64,000 nucleotides of DNA from a virus: the IMG/VR virus record IMGVR_UViG_3300001533_001295, positions 20,773 through 84,772 of that record, one strand, 5' to 3'. Of the stretch, positions 62,997 through 64,000 are shown one piece after another (position 1 is the first letter of the stretch; every line of letters begins with the position of its first letter). The notes under the pieces were generated by a model. The model made no database searches. It was not told where the DNA came from and worked only from the letters and a program-made list of their open reading frames with translations. A program made the position numbers and the translations under genes.

Positions 62997-64000
<1,004 letters not shown>

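Overview
This looks like a 64-kb segment of a large tailed (jumbo-type) phage genome. Nearly all genes are on the + strand and tightly packed, and the genetic code is standard. A Planctomycetota host is plausible but only inferred from protein-family impressions. It contains: (i) a multisubunit-type RNA polymerase split unusually into a beta+beta'-N fusion (7386-11804) and a separate beta'-C gene (31572-33890) with a mini-intein in its trigger loop; after splicing both chains appear to lack cysteine entirely, which suggests a virion-packaged, ejected polymerase; (ii) five tRNAs, two of which (Arg-UCU, Ile2-CAU) are split by group I introns whose HNH endonuclease ORFs overlap the ribozyme core; (iii) class I ribonucleotide reductase genes with three inteins; (iv) a 6.3-kb tandem array of 28 highly diverged micro-ORFs, each with one R-x-T-G-P motif; (v) an intein-interrupted subtilase and a free-standing HINT domain; (vi) two lipoprotein cassettes with near-identical flanking elements; (vii) a head module (prohead protease, scaffold, decoration protein, major capsid) plus many glycine-zipper proteins carrying a recurrent K-x-A motif; (viii) the start of a collagen-like fibre gene. 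All calls come from manual motif reading; no searches or computations were run.
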